Below are positions 24,225 through 37,087 of a stretch of 64,000 bases of DNA, piece by piece. Positions within the stretch are counted from its first letter, which is position 1; each line of letters starts with the position of its first letter. This DNA comes from Hydrolagus colliei. Its lineage: Eukaryota. The notes beneath the pieces were generated by a model. That model ran no database searches and had not been told where the DNA came from. It worked only from the letters and a program-made list of their open reading frames with translations. The DNA lies in the NCBI GenBank assembly GCA_035084275.1, contig CM068751.1, positions 8,742,001 to 8,806,000 on the forward strand, read 5' to 3'. Both the position numbers and the translations under genes were made by a program.

Positions 24225-25606
24225 TACATTGTGGGGCCAGAACCTCACTGATCTGCAAACCGGACCAGTGTTGCATTCATAAGAATCCATCCACAGTGGC
24301 TGTGCATTGTTCAAGATGTCTGTTTCATCGTTGCTTCAGTAAAGCAAGTATTCCTCCTGCAATTAAAAAAAAAGAAACAAGCAAGACAAATCGACAGATA
24401 TACCATTATTCAATTACAATGAATGTGATGGTGAGCTTTTCTTGAGTAAAGGATTTAGTGATTTTTGCAAGGAGCGAAACTGACAAATCAGAATTATTTT
24501 TAATCAGCGAGGCATCTACTCCGTGACACTTAATCCTAGCAAATCTGCGAGTTACTGATGAAATTCTAATTTGGGTAAGGGGAACCCAGTTCAAATGACA
24601 GGCTGCTCGTGAAGCCTGAGTGTTGCTAGCCAGCTGCAATCTACTGCTCCAAATGTCTGAGATGTTTCACATTCATAATGATAACTAGTGCTGCAGCCAT
24701 CTTCTTCTAAGCAATTTTAAAAAATATATTATTTTGTGGTTTTCAGCAGATTGCCAAATCAGGTAAACATGAATGCAATATCCTACATTAAAACACTGCA
24801 AAACCCCGGCTGGTGTGAAGGGCTCTATATAAATGCAAATTGTTGAATTTTATTTTATTATTATTATATATTATTATTATTTTATTGGAATCGTCAGCAC
24901 TGAAGCACAACCAAGCAAAATGGAAACAAATTCTCCTCCAAAAAAATTCGAGTCTTGAGACCTTTAATTGGAAAACGGTGCCACGTACTGTAGTATTGTT
25001 GCCTCCAGGATCACTGTAACCAAATGATTCCACTAACTGTCAGCCTCTACCAAACGTGCTGAATTTTAATTTCTGCTGCAGCCTCATAGCTTCATTGAAA
25101 AGCATTTTTTGTTCTCTAGATTCTGAAGCGCTATTTGCGTTTTCTTTTATTAAACCATCAGCTGCTTGCGTTTGGTTCTGGTAGTGATCACTTATCAAGT
25201 AATAGGCTGTGCAGTTCTAAAAGCTACTTTCACAGAGTGCCTGCACGATCTCTGGGCCAACCGACAGATTGTCATAGCAAAACTCAGAGCACGCATGTAA
25301 TGGTCTAGATTTAATCCATTGCAGGAGCTGAGTGCTTTGACTGCAGATGTATTTCAGTATTGAGTTATGCCAAATCGCTGTGGACTGAGAGTTGCCATCG
25401 TCAAAGGCTAACGGTTGGGTGGGTGCGAAAAGAATGCACTGAATGATAGAATTAGTTGAATTACACATTGAAATCATTTGCAATTGTATCACCTTCAAGG
25501 GTTTGTTCTGAACGACCTCAGTGTGTAACTACAGTACTCGGTTCTCTGTGATTTGATCTGAGGATTTGCAGACAATTTATCCCTCAGGCTAGGGATTCAC
25601 CTTAAC

Positions 25607-25915
25607 TGCTCCTGTAGCTCAGAGGTTAGAGCACTCGCCTTACAAGCGTGAAAACTGTGTTCGAATCCAGGCAGATCAGAGCGAAACCTTGGGCAAGTTT
25701 CCTTACTCCACAGACCTAATAATAATCCCTCCAAAGAAAACCACAATAATAAAATTGGTAATTTTTAATCCACGACTGTTTGTGGTCTACTGCTGTGCGC
25801 AATTGGCTGCCGCATTTCGCCCATAATTCATTTTGCAGTATATTCTGTGAAGCGTTTGAGATGTCGATAAGATGTGAAAAGCACTATATCAAATGCAACG
25901 ATTATTATTATTTTT
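25607..25915 (+). mobile_element. tRNA-derived SINE
   Basis: Matches the consensus. Confidence 0.9.
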
Positions 25916-26041
25916 ATGATATTACAGTAGTTGGAATAAGCTTAGAACTGTCTACCCTTTTGCCACTGGGGTAGCTGTATAAATTTAGTTCAGGTTCAGT
26001 GAGAAGCTTTATCATTACATAAGTATCAACACAAATAAAAG

Positions 26042-26308
26042 TAATAATAATCCTTGCATTTGATATAGTGCTTTTCACATCTTCGAGACGTCTCGGAGCA
26101 CATCACAGAATATAGTGTAAATTGATTGTATATTTGTGGGTGAAACGTGGCAGCCAATTGCGCACGGCAGTGTCCCCACAAACAGTCATGGATTGGTATC
26201 AGGCGTGTGTTTGGAGTAGGGAAACTTGCCCAAGGTTTCGCCCTGACCTGCCGGAAATCAACCCACGTTTGCGAGGCGAGGCTCTAAAACCACTGAGCTA
26301 CAGGACTC
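26042..26308 (-). mobile_element. tRNA-derived SINE with internal deletions
   Basis: Matches the consensus on the minus strand; tail-to-tail with 25607-25915. Confidence 0.88.
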
Positions 26309-27013
26309 GATGAGAATCTGTTGAGAATCTCAAATGAGAATCTGCTGTCGGAAGGTTGGCAAATCAATTGGAGGCATGAGATCAAACTCTTCCCAGAACA
26401 TTCGGACGTACTCCTAAAGGTGAAAGGCGATAGTATGCAAGTGTAATTTGTTGATGTCGTTGTTCACGGTGTGGTTCGGAACTTCTTACTTCTTACCTGA
26501 GAGCTGACTGAACATGTACCCAGGTAGAGCAGGCAATTTTAAGCCTTTGGGGCTTGAACTCTGTCAGGCGCCAGTTGTTCAGCTGCTTTGTCTGAGTCTT
26601 TGATTAGTTGTGTTTCAGGAATGCATTGCCAGAGGCATACAGGGTGGAGCTGCCGATCAGTCACTCTGTGTGCACCTCGGAAGTTATCACGTCAGCTGTA
26701 GATTCAGCAGCCTGAGTCATATTGTCATCACACTATCTAGACGAATTTGACCTTTCCGACATGCAGTGAGTGTAGTCATGGCACTTTGGGTTGTGAGTGT
26801 GTTGTAAATCTGCAGACAACAGTGCCGGGAACGTTACCAGCTTGTAATTCCAGGACAAGGCAGACTCCGCAATCTGTCTTCGGTGGGAGTTCTACACCCA
26901 AATCTATCAAGGTTTTGATAACAGCCATTATTGCATGGCAGTGTCCCAGGGAAGGTAACGCAATGAGGAACATTTTCTTCGCTGGCAAAATCAATGAAAG
27001 TGTCCATATTTGT

Positions 27014-27325
27014 GGAGTCCTGTCGCTCAGTGGTTAGAGCACTCGCCTTACAAGCGAGACCTGGGTTCGATTCCAGGCAGGGTGAAACCTTGGGCAAGTT
27101 TCCTTCCTCCACACACCTAACAATAATCCCTCAAGAAAAATAAAATTAAATGGGTCATTTCAACCCATGAATGTTTTGGAGACACTGATGTGCAAAATTG
27201 GCTAGCCCGTTTTGCAGACAAAATATACAATCAATTCACTTTATAGTGTATTCTGTGAAGCACTTTGAGACATCTAGAAGACGTGAAAAGCTGCTATATC
27301 AAATGCAAGGATTATTATTATTATG
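27014..27325 (+). mobile_element. tRNA-derived SINE
   Basis: Matches the consensus. Confidence 0.9.
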
Positions 27326-27589
27326 TTATATAACCCCCCTCTGCTCAAATGAGGGATGGCTATATCAGAATGGCCTGGGAGATTGTTTAAGGCCTCTCAA
27401 CATTAAAAAATAATAATCACATTGAGTGGCTATTCCTCTATAGTCACAGATGTGGGTACAATAAAAAATCTAATGAGATCCAATCTCCTAAGTATTGCTT
27501 AAAAATGTTAAGAAAGAAAAAATCTGTTGAGATTCAGCCATTCATTGATCTCATTTTCTATTGCATTTCACGGCCTGTATAGAATAAAC

Positions 27590-27786
27590 AATAATAATCC
27601 TTGCATTTGATATACAGGTAGCACTTTTCACGTGTTCTAGACGTCGCAAAGTGCGTCACAGGGGATACTGTCAGGCATGTGGAGTAAGGAAACTTGCCCA
27701 AGATTTCACCCTGACCTGCTTGGAATTGAACCAAGGTCTTGCCCTTTGTAAAGTGAGTGCTCTAACCACTGAGCTACAGGACTCCC
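27590..27786 (-). mobile_element. tRNA-derived SINE with central deletion
   Basis: Head and tail present; the Deu-like middle is missing. Confidence 0.85.
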
Positions 27787-28449
27787 AACGAGTGTGCAGG
27801 ATGAGATGTACGAAGCAGGCTGGTGGGGCTCACTGAACAAAGCGAGCAGGCAGGTCGGTTGTGTCAAAGGAGTTCACAGAGGTAGGGTGGGGAGAGAGGG
27901 ATTTATAAGGTATAAATTCACATGAATTTTGAACACGATCAGCTGGGGGATGGGGAGCTGATGAAGCTGGGGGAGGAGGGGTTTGATCGGGTGATGGAGC
28001 CCAAAGCTAGCGTGCCAGTCGATCTGACTTTGCCCTGTACAATTTTACAGCTGAGATATTTCACAATCAGTGCATTTTGCTTTTGCAAATGGCATTTTTA
28101 TTTCCAGTTAAATGGTAGAGGTGGGCTGGGTTGGGTGGGTGGGGGGGGGGAGGGAAACACAGTACAGTACATGGATCGAAAGCTGTTGTTTTTTAAAAAC
28201 CTTTCTGCAAACCTTTCTGAGCTGAACAATTCCCTTGGGAGCTCTGCAACTGGAATTCAGTATCCAGTGTTCTACTTTTATAATCATGTACATACATTTT
28301 AAATGTTTTCAATGAGCGTAAACGCCAATAAATCCGCTTACTAGTCCTGATGTATTTCGGTTACAATACAGGGGTGAGTGTAAGATCCGTGCCCAAGGTC
28401 TAAACTCGCTCAATTATACTATTGATTTGTCTTTTGTCTTCTTCCATTT

Positions 28450-28871
28450 GATGGGCGCAAGAATTTTTCCACATCAGCAAGCTGCTTTCATAAGCCACCA
28501 GAAGGTCACACCCGCCTCGAAACAGCTCTGTTTCTGTGTGCGCGCAGGCAATATAATTGGCTGATTGTGTTTGCGATGATTGACTCGCCCTTCCCCTCCC
28601 CCCACCCCCACCCCCCCCGCCTCCCCCCATAGCCTTCCCAAATAGATGCTGGCTCCCTCAGGAGAATTGCTGCGATCTGCTCCATTCCTCACAACAGGCG
28701 AGAGAGCTTGAGCCATTACGCAGGTTAGACTGCAGCAGAAGCATCCATTTTTGTCTTTAATCCCAGCATCTCTGCGACTTCTCCCTCCGTTAGCTGTGAG
28801 AGACCTGAACTGCGTACGATAGCTTCAGTCAATTTAGTCACCGGTGTCGACCTCCCATACAATGCTCTGAG
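28450..28871 (+). promoter_or_regulatory. Promoter / 5' UTR of the MVHQENCAYQ isoform
   Basis: Locally CpG-richer. Contains TGCGCGCA (NRF1-like, ~28539), a reverse CCAAT box (ATTGG, 28556-28560) and a C-rich tract with GC box CCCCGCCTCC (~28615), directly upstream of a recognised first exon. Confidence 0.65.
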
Positions 28872-28901
28872 ATGGTACATCAGGAGAACTGTGCTTATCA
28901 G
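28872..28901 (+). CDS. SCHIP1: SCHIP1 short-isoform first coding exon (MVHQENCAYQ), phase 0
   Basis: ATG GTA CAT CAG GAG AAC TGT GCT TAT CAG|gtaatg. Matches the recalled N-terminus MVHQENCSYQ of the mammalian short SCHIP1 isoform and joins AQKNE at 48089 in frame. Confidence 0.9.
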
Positions 28902-31802
28902 GTAATGAAGGACATTTTGGCTGGATGGTGGTGAGGTGTACTGAAGTCTGTATTCAGCTCGCTTGCTGTACAGCAGCAGCAGGTTGCTGCATTGTCTATG
29001 TTGCTTGGCCTTTTATAACAGACAGTATTCACAACCGTGAAAAATGCGGCAGCATAAGCAGTATTTAGATACTAATTTGAAAGTTGAACCATTGCAGGCT
29101 AGTTTACAAGTCGCGAGTGTTAGCCTGCACCAAAGTTGTATTTAATCGTAAAAATGTTTTTAATTGTGTGTGCGGAGGGAGGTGGGGTTGGGGGGTGGGG
29201 GACGAAGAGAGGGAGGAGGAGGAGATGCAAATCATGAGGTGGGGTAAGTTTGCACTCCACCGAGACGTTGTTCCAAGATTGTGTGTTTTGTCTTAAAACG
29301 TTTGTCAATAACATCCATACACAATTGTGATGAAAGGTTATTTAGTACACTCGCATCAAATTGCTGAACAGTAATGGAAAGGTTTTTGCCAGTCTCTAAT
29401 ACTGTAACTATTTGGTTTGTCTCCTTGTGGGGATTCTGACGCAGAAATATACAAGAAGATTCCTCCTTTGTTCTGGTGTGGATTATTTTGTATACTCCAT
29501 ACAGTAAAATGTGTTCCTCAGATATTCGCTGATGTCAGTGACTTGTTAAATATTGGAGCTCGTTCTTCATAATCTTTGCAAATGGAAGTTTGGGCGGAAT
29601 AGCTCTCTCTCGTCATGAAGCAACAATACAAATAATAATAATCCTTCCACTTGACCTCATTAAATATTTGCACGTGAAAATACTGATATCAGTTTACCAT
29701 GAATTGCCATAAGCAGGCTAATGTTTTGTGACCCACTACATTTTAAGAAACTAGCCAGGATAACAGAAGTGAGTTTACCAACCTATAAGACAGTGTGTGA
29801 TCCACTGACTGGAATCCTTTGTCAATTAGTTTCTTCAGGTATTATCAGGCGCTTGCTGAACATCAGTGACTGAATCTATTATCAGTTGATGGCTTACATT
29901 GCTCTATCGCAAAACTGCGTTGGTCTGCAAAACGTACATCTTTTTTATTTTGGCCGTAAAAACAAGAATCGTTCGTCGCGACAATCTCACCATCTGCGGT
30001 ACTTGCTCTATGCAAATCAGTTTGAGGATGTCCATGAATAATCAACCCCATGTTGTTCAAGACATAAGCTTCATCGACGGGACGCCTTTCCATTGGCACA
30101 TGCGCCAAGGCCTGGTTGCATTGTGTTGGCATGTTAACGCATACGGGCCAGTTAAACTGCAAATGCCACATGCTTTTGGTTGCCACAACACAAGGAGGTC
30201 AATCAACTTTCTGTGTCTGTAAATTTTGGAGAGCGAATGCGGGGAGGAATTTTGTCTTCCGTTGCTTTGGTTTTTGTGGAACTTAAATTGTGAGATGGAA
30301 AACAGTGATGGTAAAAGGTTCAGTGGTTCGCTTTAATTCTTACCAACCTCGAGGCTGGCAGCTATGAAAATGGGCTACACATTCCCGTCTGCAAGAGCAC
30401 TGAAGTTCACTTGCCCTGAGCTCTGATCTGGGGATTGTGAAAGCCAAAACTAAAGGCTTGTAAAAGCCTGCAATTTTAAGTGTCAAAAGTAGCTTAAAAA
30501 TTATCAGTGTTGTGCGTGGAGTCAAACTTTCCCTCATTGTTCCATCAGCTACAGAGGTCAGGCTGAGTCCACATTAGATGGTAGTTCATATGTGGTGAAA
30601 TCTCTGCGTTTCAGAATGTGTTATTTTCTTTCACATTGATCATAATATGAAACGTCACAGCGTTTTTTCCCTCTTTGTGTCCGTGTGTGACTGTATATAA
30701 ATTTATACACATATATGGTAGTGCAGATATCTAGAAATAATTTTAAAGCAGAAATGTCCACATGGAATGCCTAGTGTGATGATAAGCTAGCCAAGCCATT
30801 CATAATAATAATTCATATTATTAAAAAAAATAACTTGGTCACTCCATCCATGACTGTTTGTGGGACACTGCTGTACGCAATTGGCTGCCGTGTTTCGCCC
30901 ACAAATACAAGGTCAATTCACTTTACAGTATATCCTGTGTTGAGGGCGCTTTGAGACGTCTAAAAGATGCGATAAGGCACTATATCTAACGCAAGGATCA
31001 TTTGTCCCTTAATTCACTCTCATTTGTCTCTTGTATTAAATACGTTCTAGTGAGATCTTTTATTCATTCATTTTAATTACCGATCATTCAATCCTCTTCT
31101 AGGAAATGTTAAGGAGGCTATTTGAAGGATAAAGCATCGACCCACACCCAAATTAGCGCTTCCATTGCCTCAAGCTGCACTTGAGTAGTGCATCACTAAA
31201 TACTTTTTTTGAACCCATTAAGCTGATTCCGTGAGAACTTTCTTTTCAATTTATGCTTTGCACCGAACACATTATGAAGACCCATTAAATATCCCATTAG
31301 TGGCACTCCCTATAATTCACTCGCAACTGCCATATTTTGTTGTGAATTCGTGCACTATAGTGAATCCAGAAAACTATCTTCACACCAGAGGGTCACACAC
31401 TACAGAATGCAGTGGACCAAAGGCCATGGAGACAGAAATGAATTTAGGTATTCGAGAGGCGGATAGATACTTGGGGGAAAAATATTAAAGGATAATGGAG
31501 ACAAGGCAAGGGAACTGAATTAAAAAGATAAATTGTCAAGGAAATATCTCACTCTATTTCCTATAGCTTTTATTTTAGTTATAAACATACGGATGGAATT
31601 ATGAATTAGCAATCTCACACTGATAATCTCTAGTATTATACCAGCTAACATCAAAATTTGTCTAAATGCAAAATTAGCATTTTTGACCTATATTGACCAA
31701 ACAAGGCATTTGTTTAATTTTCCCAACACTTTCCGTGGACTTTAATGGCATTTTTAATCATTCTGGATCTAAACTAACCAGAAAACAGCTGGCAAGTGTT
31801 TT

Positions 31803-32076
31803 AATAAGAAGAATAATCATCCTTGCATTTGATATAATGCCTTGTCAGGTGGTTGAGATGCTGCACAGGATATACTGTAGTGTGGATTGACTGTATTTTT
31901 GTGGGCTAATTGCGGCAGCCCATTGGTCACAGCAATGTCTCACAAACAGCCATGGAGTGAGTGAGTCACCAATTTTGTTTGGGAGGATTATTGGCCAGGA
32001 CACTGGAAGAAACTTCTTCTCTGTTAGACTAATGCCATGGGACCGTAAACACCCACCTGACCAGGCAGATGGGAAC
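31803..32076 (-). mobile_element. Older Deu-domain SINE fragment
   Basis: Minus strand reads atctgcctggtcaggtgggtgtttacggtcccatggcattag...ccagtgtcctggccaataatcc...ggctgtttgtgagacattgctgtg, matching the Deu domain (AmnSINE1/SacSINE1 type, recalled), followed by the same tail as the young SINE. Confidence 0.7.
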
Positions 32077-32080
32077 TTAT

Positions 32081-32404
32081 TTCCCTCCATTCAGTAGGCT
32101 CCAGCCTGCTCCATGTCCCTTGATCCACCCGCCCCACCATCAGCGGGCGAGCCTTTACCTACTCTACCACTAACCTCTGGAATTCCATCCTGCATTGCCT
32201 CCGCCTCACCCCCTCCCTGGCCTCCTTCATCTCCCGCCTCAAGACCCTCCTCTTCGATGGACCCATCGATCACCCCAAATCCCCACATTTCCCTCCACCC
32301 TCCCCGATCCCAATCCCAGCTCAGGTCTGAAACACTGACAACCCAACGCTTTGGGATGTCCTCCCGATGTGAAAAGCGCTGTACTGTGTAATTTTGTTGT
32401 TGTT
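32081..32404 (+). mobile_element. L2 LINE 3' fragment
   Basis: Homologous to 36735-37087. Confidence 0.88.
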
Positions 32405-34297
32405 AGTTCCATGTCTCTTCCAAAGGATGGGTTCACTTCGCTGAAAACATAAAAGTGGGCAGAGAAAGTAACTATTTGTTAGATTCCATTGTTATTTATT
32501 CAGCCAGTGCTCATTCGGTAATTTAAGAGGATTTTACCAATGATATTGAAACTGAAGATTCCAGGTGTACAACTCTTTATCTGATCAGAGATAACAAAAG
32601 CATTCAGTGACAATCCAAATCTTGTCATTTAAAGTTGCAGAACAATGTTTGACGGTTGCTTAAAATCCTGCTTAAGTACTGTTATTCAACCTTGTGAGAC
32701 GGGTTCCATGTAGTCTTAGGAGAGAAACCGATTGGTGTCTAAAGAATAGTTACAGCGTAAAGATTAATTTTTATCTAAATCCATTTCTTTAGCTCCGAAG
32801 AAAGGTACGCAAATTGGCATTGAACCGCAGGTGCTATTCTCTGCATTACATTCCTATTTTTGCTTCACAATTTAATGGGGTATGGCGTATTTTTTCACCT
32901 TTTCCTCAAAACCCTTGGGGCAATTAACCAGGTTCTTTCATAACGAGACAATGGTAGCTTTTTAAGCTGAATGTACCATTTGACAGTGACAAATGCTCGC
33001 ATACCCTTCAGGCTGGGAATATTTTTGCTTGGCCAAGTGTTTTACAGTGGAGGATAGTGCGATTTGAATAACAGAGACTATTCATTTAGCTGCATAAAGC
33101 CAACATTGTTAACTCTGTAAGAAAGTGCTGAATATTGATGTGTTTGAAACCACACATTTCTTCCCCACCGCCCCTCCCCCCCAACAACCCCCCTCCTGAA
33201 TTGTTTTGCTTGTTTGGCCAGTACTGGGAACTTGTTTGTGCTCATTTGGAATGTAGTGGGGAGCCTGGTAACAAATCTAAGTGGACGCGATTTAAAGAAT
33301 TCCTTGTTCTTTTGTTGAACATGATAGCCGTACGGCAGGATTTACATTTTTTTATGTGGTGGATGTGAGTGTCCTCACATTTGACACCTCCGTTTCCATT
33401 TATTTTCTTGACGCAAATAAAGCATTTAGCCTGCACAAAACTTGCTTTAAATAATAAGAATAAGAATAATAATCCTTGCATTTGATCTAGTGCATTATCA
33501 AGTAAGGAAACTTGTCCAACATTTCACCTAACTGGGAATCGAATCCAGATCCTCTCTCTTGTGAGGCAAGTGCTCTTAACCACTAATGTACAAGCTAAAG
33601 GGGTAGTCCAACTGATATGAACATACCATTAGTAATTCTGTTGGCAACAATCTAAAACCAAAGCGTTTTGCTTGTCATCTCATCAAATATTAGACATTGT
33701 TCTATCTTTTCCCCACTGAAACGAGTTGTCATAGATGAAAAAAAATAGAGCCAAAGAAATCAGAAGGTCAAAAATGCCTCATGACATTAATACCATTTGC
33801 ATTCAAATTTAACCTTTAAAGAATTTGGGAAAATTCTTAAATTTCAGAATCCGGTTGGCACTATTTTTCTAATAATTGATGTTGAAGAAATGTGAAAATT
33901 CATCTCAAATTTGTTGCTACCACCCATCCCGGCTCTTCAAGCGAAGAATTGTGACTATCAGTATTGTTTCACTCTTTTCCCTTGCCCTCCTTCCCCCAAT
34001 ACAATTGTAGAAAATAGAGGAAAACTGCACCCAACAAGCTTGGCAAGGTATTCAGTCGTAAACTTCATAGACAGACCTAATGACCTTTCTCACACACTTT
34101 CCAGCACAGGTAGACAGTCTAGAATTAGAAGCAGGAGTTCTGCTCTCTAGCCTAGAGCTGCTGAACCGAGTTGTAAATAAGTGCCTCTGCCATTGCCACA
34201 GCTGAGACTAACCATTCACAAAGAGGATTTGGGGTTTCTGGTGAAGTTCAATGAAAAATCTGAATAGGGTTACAATTCAAGTTCCTGCAAACGAGCA

Positions 34298-34562
34298 AAC
34301 AAAATTACACTTCTATGGCGCCTGTCACGTCAGGAGGACATCCCGAGGCGCTGGACAGTCACTGTTTCAGACCCGAGCTGGGGATAGGAGGTGGAGGGAA
34401 GGAGGGATTAGGAGTTGCTGATGCGACCACCGAAGAGGAGAGTTTTGAGGCAGGACTTGAAGGAGGCCAGGGAGGGTGCGAGGTAGAGGGACTGCGGGAT
34501 GGAGTTCCAGAAGTGGGGGGCAGAGAGGCTAAAGGCTCGCCCGCCGATGGTGGGGCGGACAT
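34298..34562 (-). mobile_element. L2 LINE 3' fragment
   Basis: Reverse complement of the L2 3' end. Confidence 0.88.
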
Positions 34563-35019
34563 GCAAGTCACAGAACTGCTACAGGAGTACAGGCTCCAGG
34601 GAATAAATTGCTTAATTTAGATCCAGATGAGACCTTTCGAACCTAACTTGAGTCTTTCTGCTTAGCTGACAAAGTGGGTTGCTGTTATAGGGAAGGAAGG
34701 CAGTGTAGCATCACGTGGCCCGACCTGGAGCGCTGTCTCTCGTACTTGCCTACAGTCGGGTGCAGACAGACGCTTGCAGTCTTGAGGCTTGCTGTGATGA
34801 GTTCATTCCACTGTTGCCAGGGAAACTAGGTCATAAGCAGAGGATGGAAAATCTACTTGATTTCCTCCCTGTCCTGGGTCAGGTCGGTGTTTTCAGGTTA
34901 GTGTGGTGACAGATGGTGCATTTCTGGATTTCCCGCCCCCCCTCCCCTAACTATAACTATACTAGTGAGATGAAGGTCTTATTCAGAGGATTCAATTCAC
35001 GATCTTAGTCCTCAGCTTT

Positions 35020-35385
35020 ACAGACCTCCATGTCCTTGCCCCACCCTACCTCTGCGACCTCCTAAACCCCTACCAACCTGTCTTCTCCCTCCACTCAGCG
35101 GGCTCTGGCCTGCTCCATTTCCCCCCGCCCCACCATCGGCGGACGAGCCTTCAGCCACTCTGCCCCAAACCTTTGGAATTCCATTGTGGAATCCTTCCGC
35201 CTCGCCCCTTCCCTTCAAGTCCAGCCTCAAGACCCTCATCTTCGACTGTGCCATCGGTCACCTCCCTTCCCTCCACCCTCACCAATCCCAACCCCAGCTC
35301 AGGTCTGAAACACCGACTGTCCAGCGCCTTGGGGTGCGCTCCCAATGTGAAAGCTGCTGTACAAATGTAATTTTGCTGTTGTTGT
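35020..35385 (+). mobile_element. L2 LINE 3' fragment
   Basis: Homologous to 36650-37087. Confidence 0.88.
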
Positions 35386-35756
35386 TCCTCTTGTAGCCTG
35401 TAATTGGCTGCTGCAGATTTGACATTTGCAGGCGTTTGGCATGATGTGTCCTCTCCCCGCTGGCTCGTTGTCGTGTGCCATTAAACACGAGCCCGCAGCA
35501 GTCTGAGTTACATTTGGCAAATGGTGGAAATCCCAGGGTATCAATTAAGGGGGGAAAAAAAGCTTCTGGAGATGCTGTTGGTTTTGGCTGGTGCTTGGCA
35601 GGCAGAGTCTTGTGTAGTCTGTTCTACCAAAATAAGCAGACGCCTAAACAATTCTGGTTGATATCTGCTGAATAGAATTGTGCCGACTGATCTGATCTGC
35701 TTGAAACAAGAAATGGAGCAAAATAAAATGGAAAGGGATTTGCATCCAGGTTGAAT

Positions 35757-37087
35757 TGCCTCTGCCTCCTCGTCCTCCTCGACCTATCCGCTGCCTTCGA
35801 TACTATGGACCACGCTATTCTCCTCCACCGCCTCTCCCTCCTCAACCTGCAAGGCTCTGTCCTCGAATGGTTCCTGTCCTATCTCTCCCACCGCCTTCAC
35901 TTTGTCTCCTCCAATGGCTTCTCCTCCAGCCCCCGCACAGTCACATGCGGTGTTCCCCGGGGCTCTGTCCTTGGCCCGCTGCTCTTCACCCTCTACACTC
36001 TCCCGCTGAGCGACATCATCCGCAGACATAGGGTAAATTTCCACATGTATGCGGATGACACATCGGCATACCTATCCGCGTCAACCCTCGATTCCAGGAC
36101 CACTGGCGTTCTGACTGCATGTCTGTCTGACATCGAGTCCTGGGCGAGGGCAAATGTCCTATAACTCAACAGGAGTTGAGTTATAGGTCAACAAGACGGA
36201 GGTCCTCCTGATTGGCTCACGTCAGCGCCTCCGCACCTCAGGCGCTGACAATATCCGCGTTCAAAGCTGCTCTCTCCACCTCTCAAAGCCAATCAGGGAT
36301 CTGGGCATCTTGTTCGACCCTGAACTATCCTTCCTCCCCCACATCCGCTCCATGACCAGCACAGTCTTCCATCACCTCCGCAATATTGCCAGACTCCGCC
36401 ATTACCTCAACCCCCCACGCCGCTGAAACTCTCATCCACGCCTTTATCACTTCCAGGCTCGACTACGGGAACTCTCTCCTCATCGGCCTTCCCAGCTCCT
36501 CCCTCCACAGGCTGCAGATCATTCAGAATTCTGCAGCTCGTGTACTCTCCCGTACTAGGCTTCGTGACCACATCACTCCCACCCTCGCCCGTCTCCACTG
36601 GCTCCCCATCACCCAGAAGATCGAATTCAAGATCCTTGTTCTCACTTTCAAGGCCATTCACAGCCTTGCCCCCGCCTTTCTCTCTGACCTACTGTCCCCC
36701 TATCAGCCTGCCGCCCCCTCCTATCAGCCTGCCGCCCCCTCCATTCAGCAGACTCAGGAATGCTCTGCGTCCACCGCCCTAACCGCCCAATCATCGGTGG
36801 CTGGGCTTTCAGCCTCTCTGCTCCCACACTGTAGAACTCCATCCCGCAGCCCCTCCGCCTTGCTTCCTCCCTTTCCTCCTTCAATGCCAGTCTCAAGACC
36901 TTCCTCTTTGACCGCGCCTTCGGCTGCCCTACTAACTCTTCTCCCTCTCCCACTTTCCTTCCCCTTCCCCAACCTCCCCCGCCCCGCTCGGGTCCCAACC
37001 AGACTGTTCAGCGCTTTGGGACGTCCTCACGACATAAAAGGCGCTATATACCGGTAAGTGCAATTTTGTTGTTGTTGTTGTTGTTGT
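35757..37087 (+). mobile_element. 5'-truncated L2-clade LINE with decayed ORF2 reverse transcriptase (stop codons and frameshifts)
   Basis: ORF 35751..36164 has LLDLSAAFDTMDH, GVPRGSVLGPLLFTLY and YADD. ORF 36386.. has IHAFITSRLDYGNSLL and HITPTLARLHWLPI..IEFKIL. Ends in a stem-loop tail and (TTG)n. Confidence 0.95.

Noticed and set aside
24747-24762. Possible microexon ttttcag|CAGATTGCCAAATCAG|gtaaac
   Set aside because: 16 nt (or 13 nt using the second AG) is not a multiple of three, and there is no other support.
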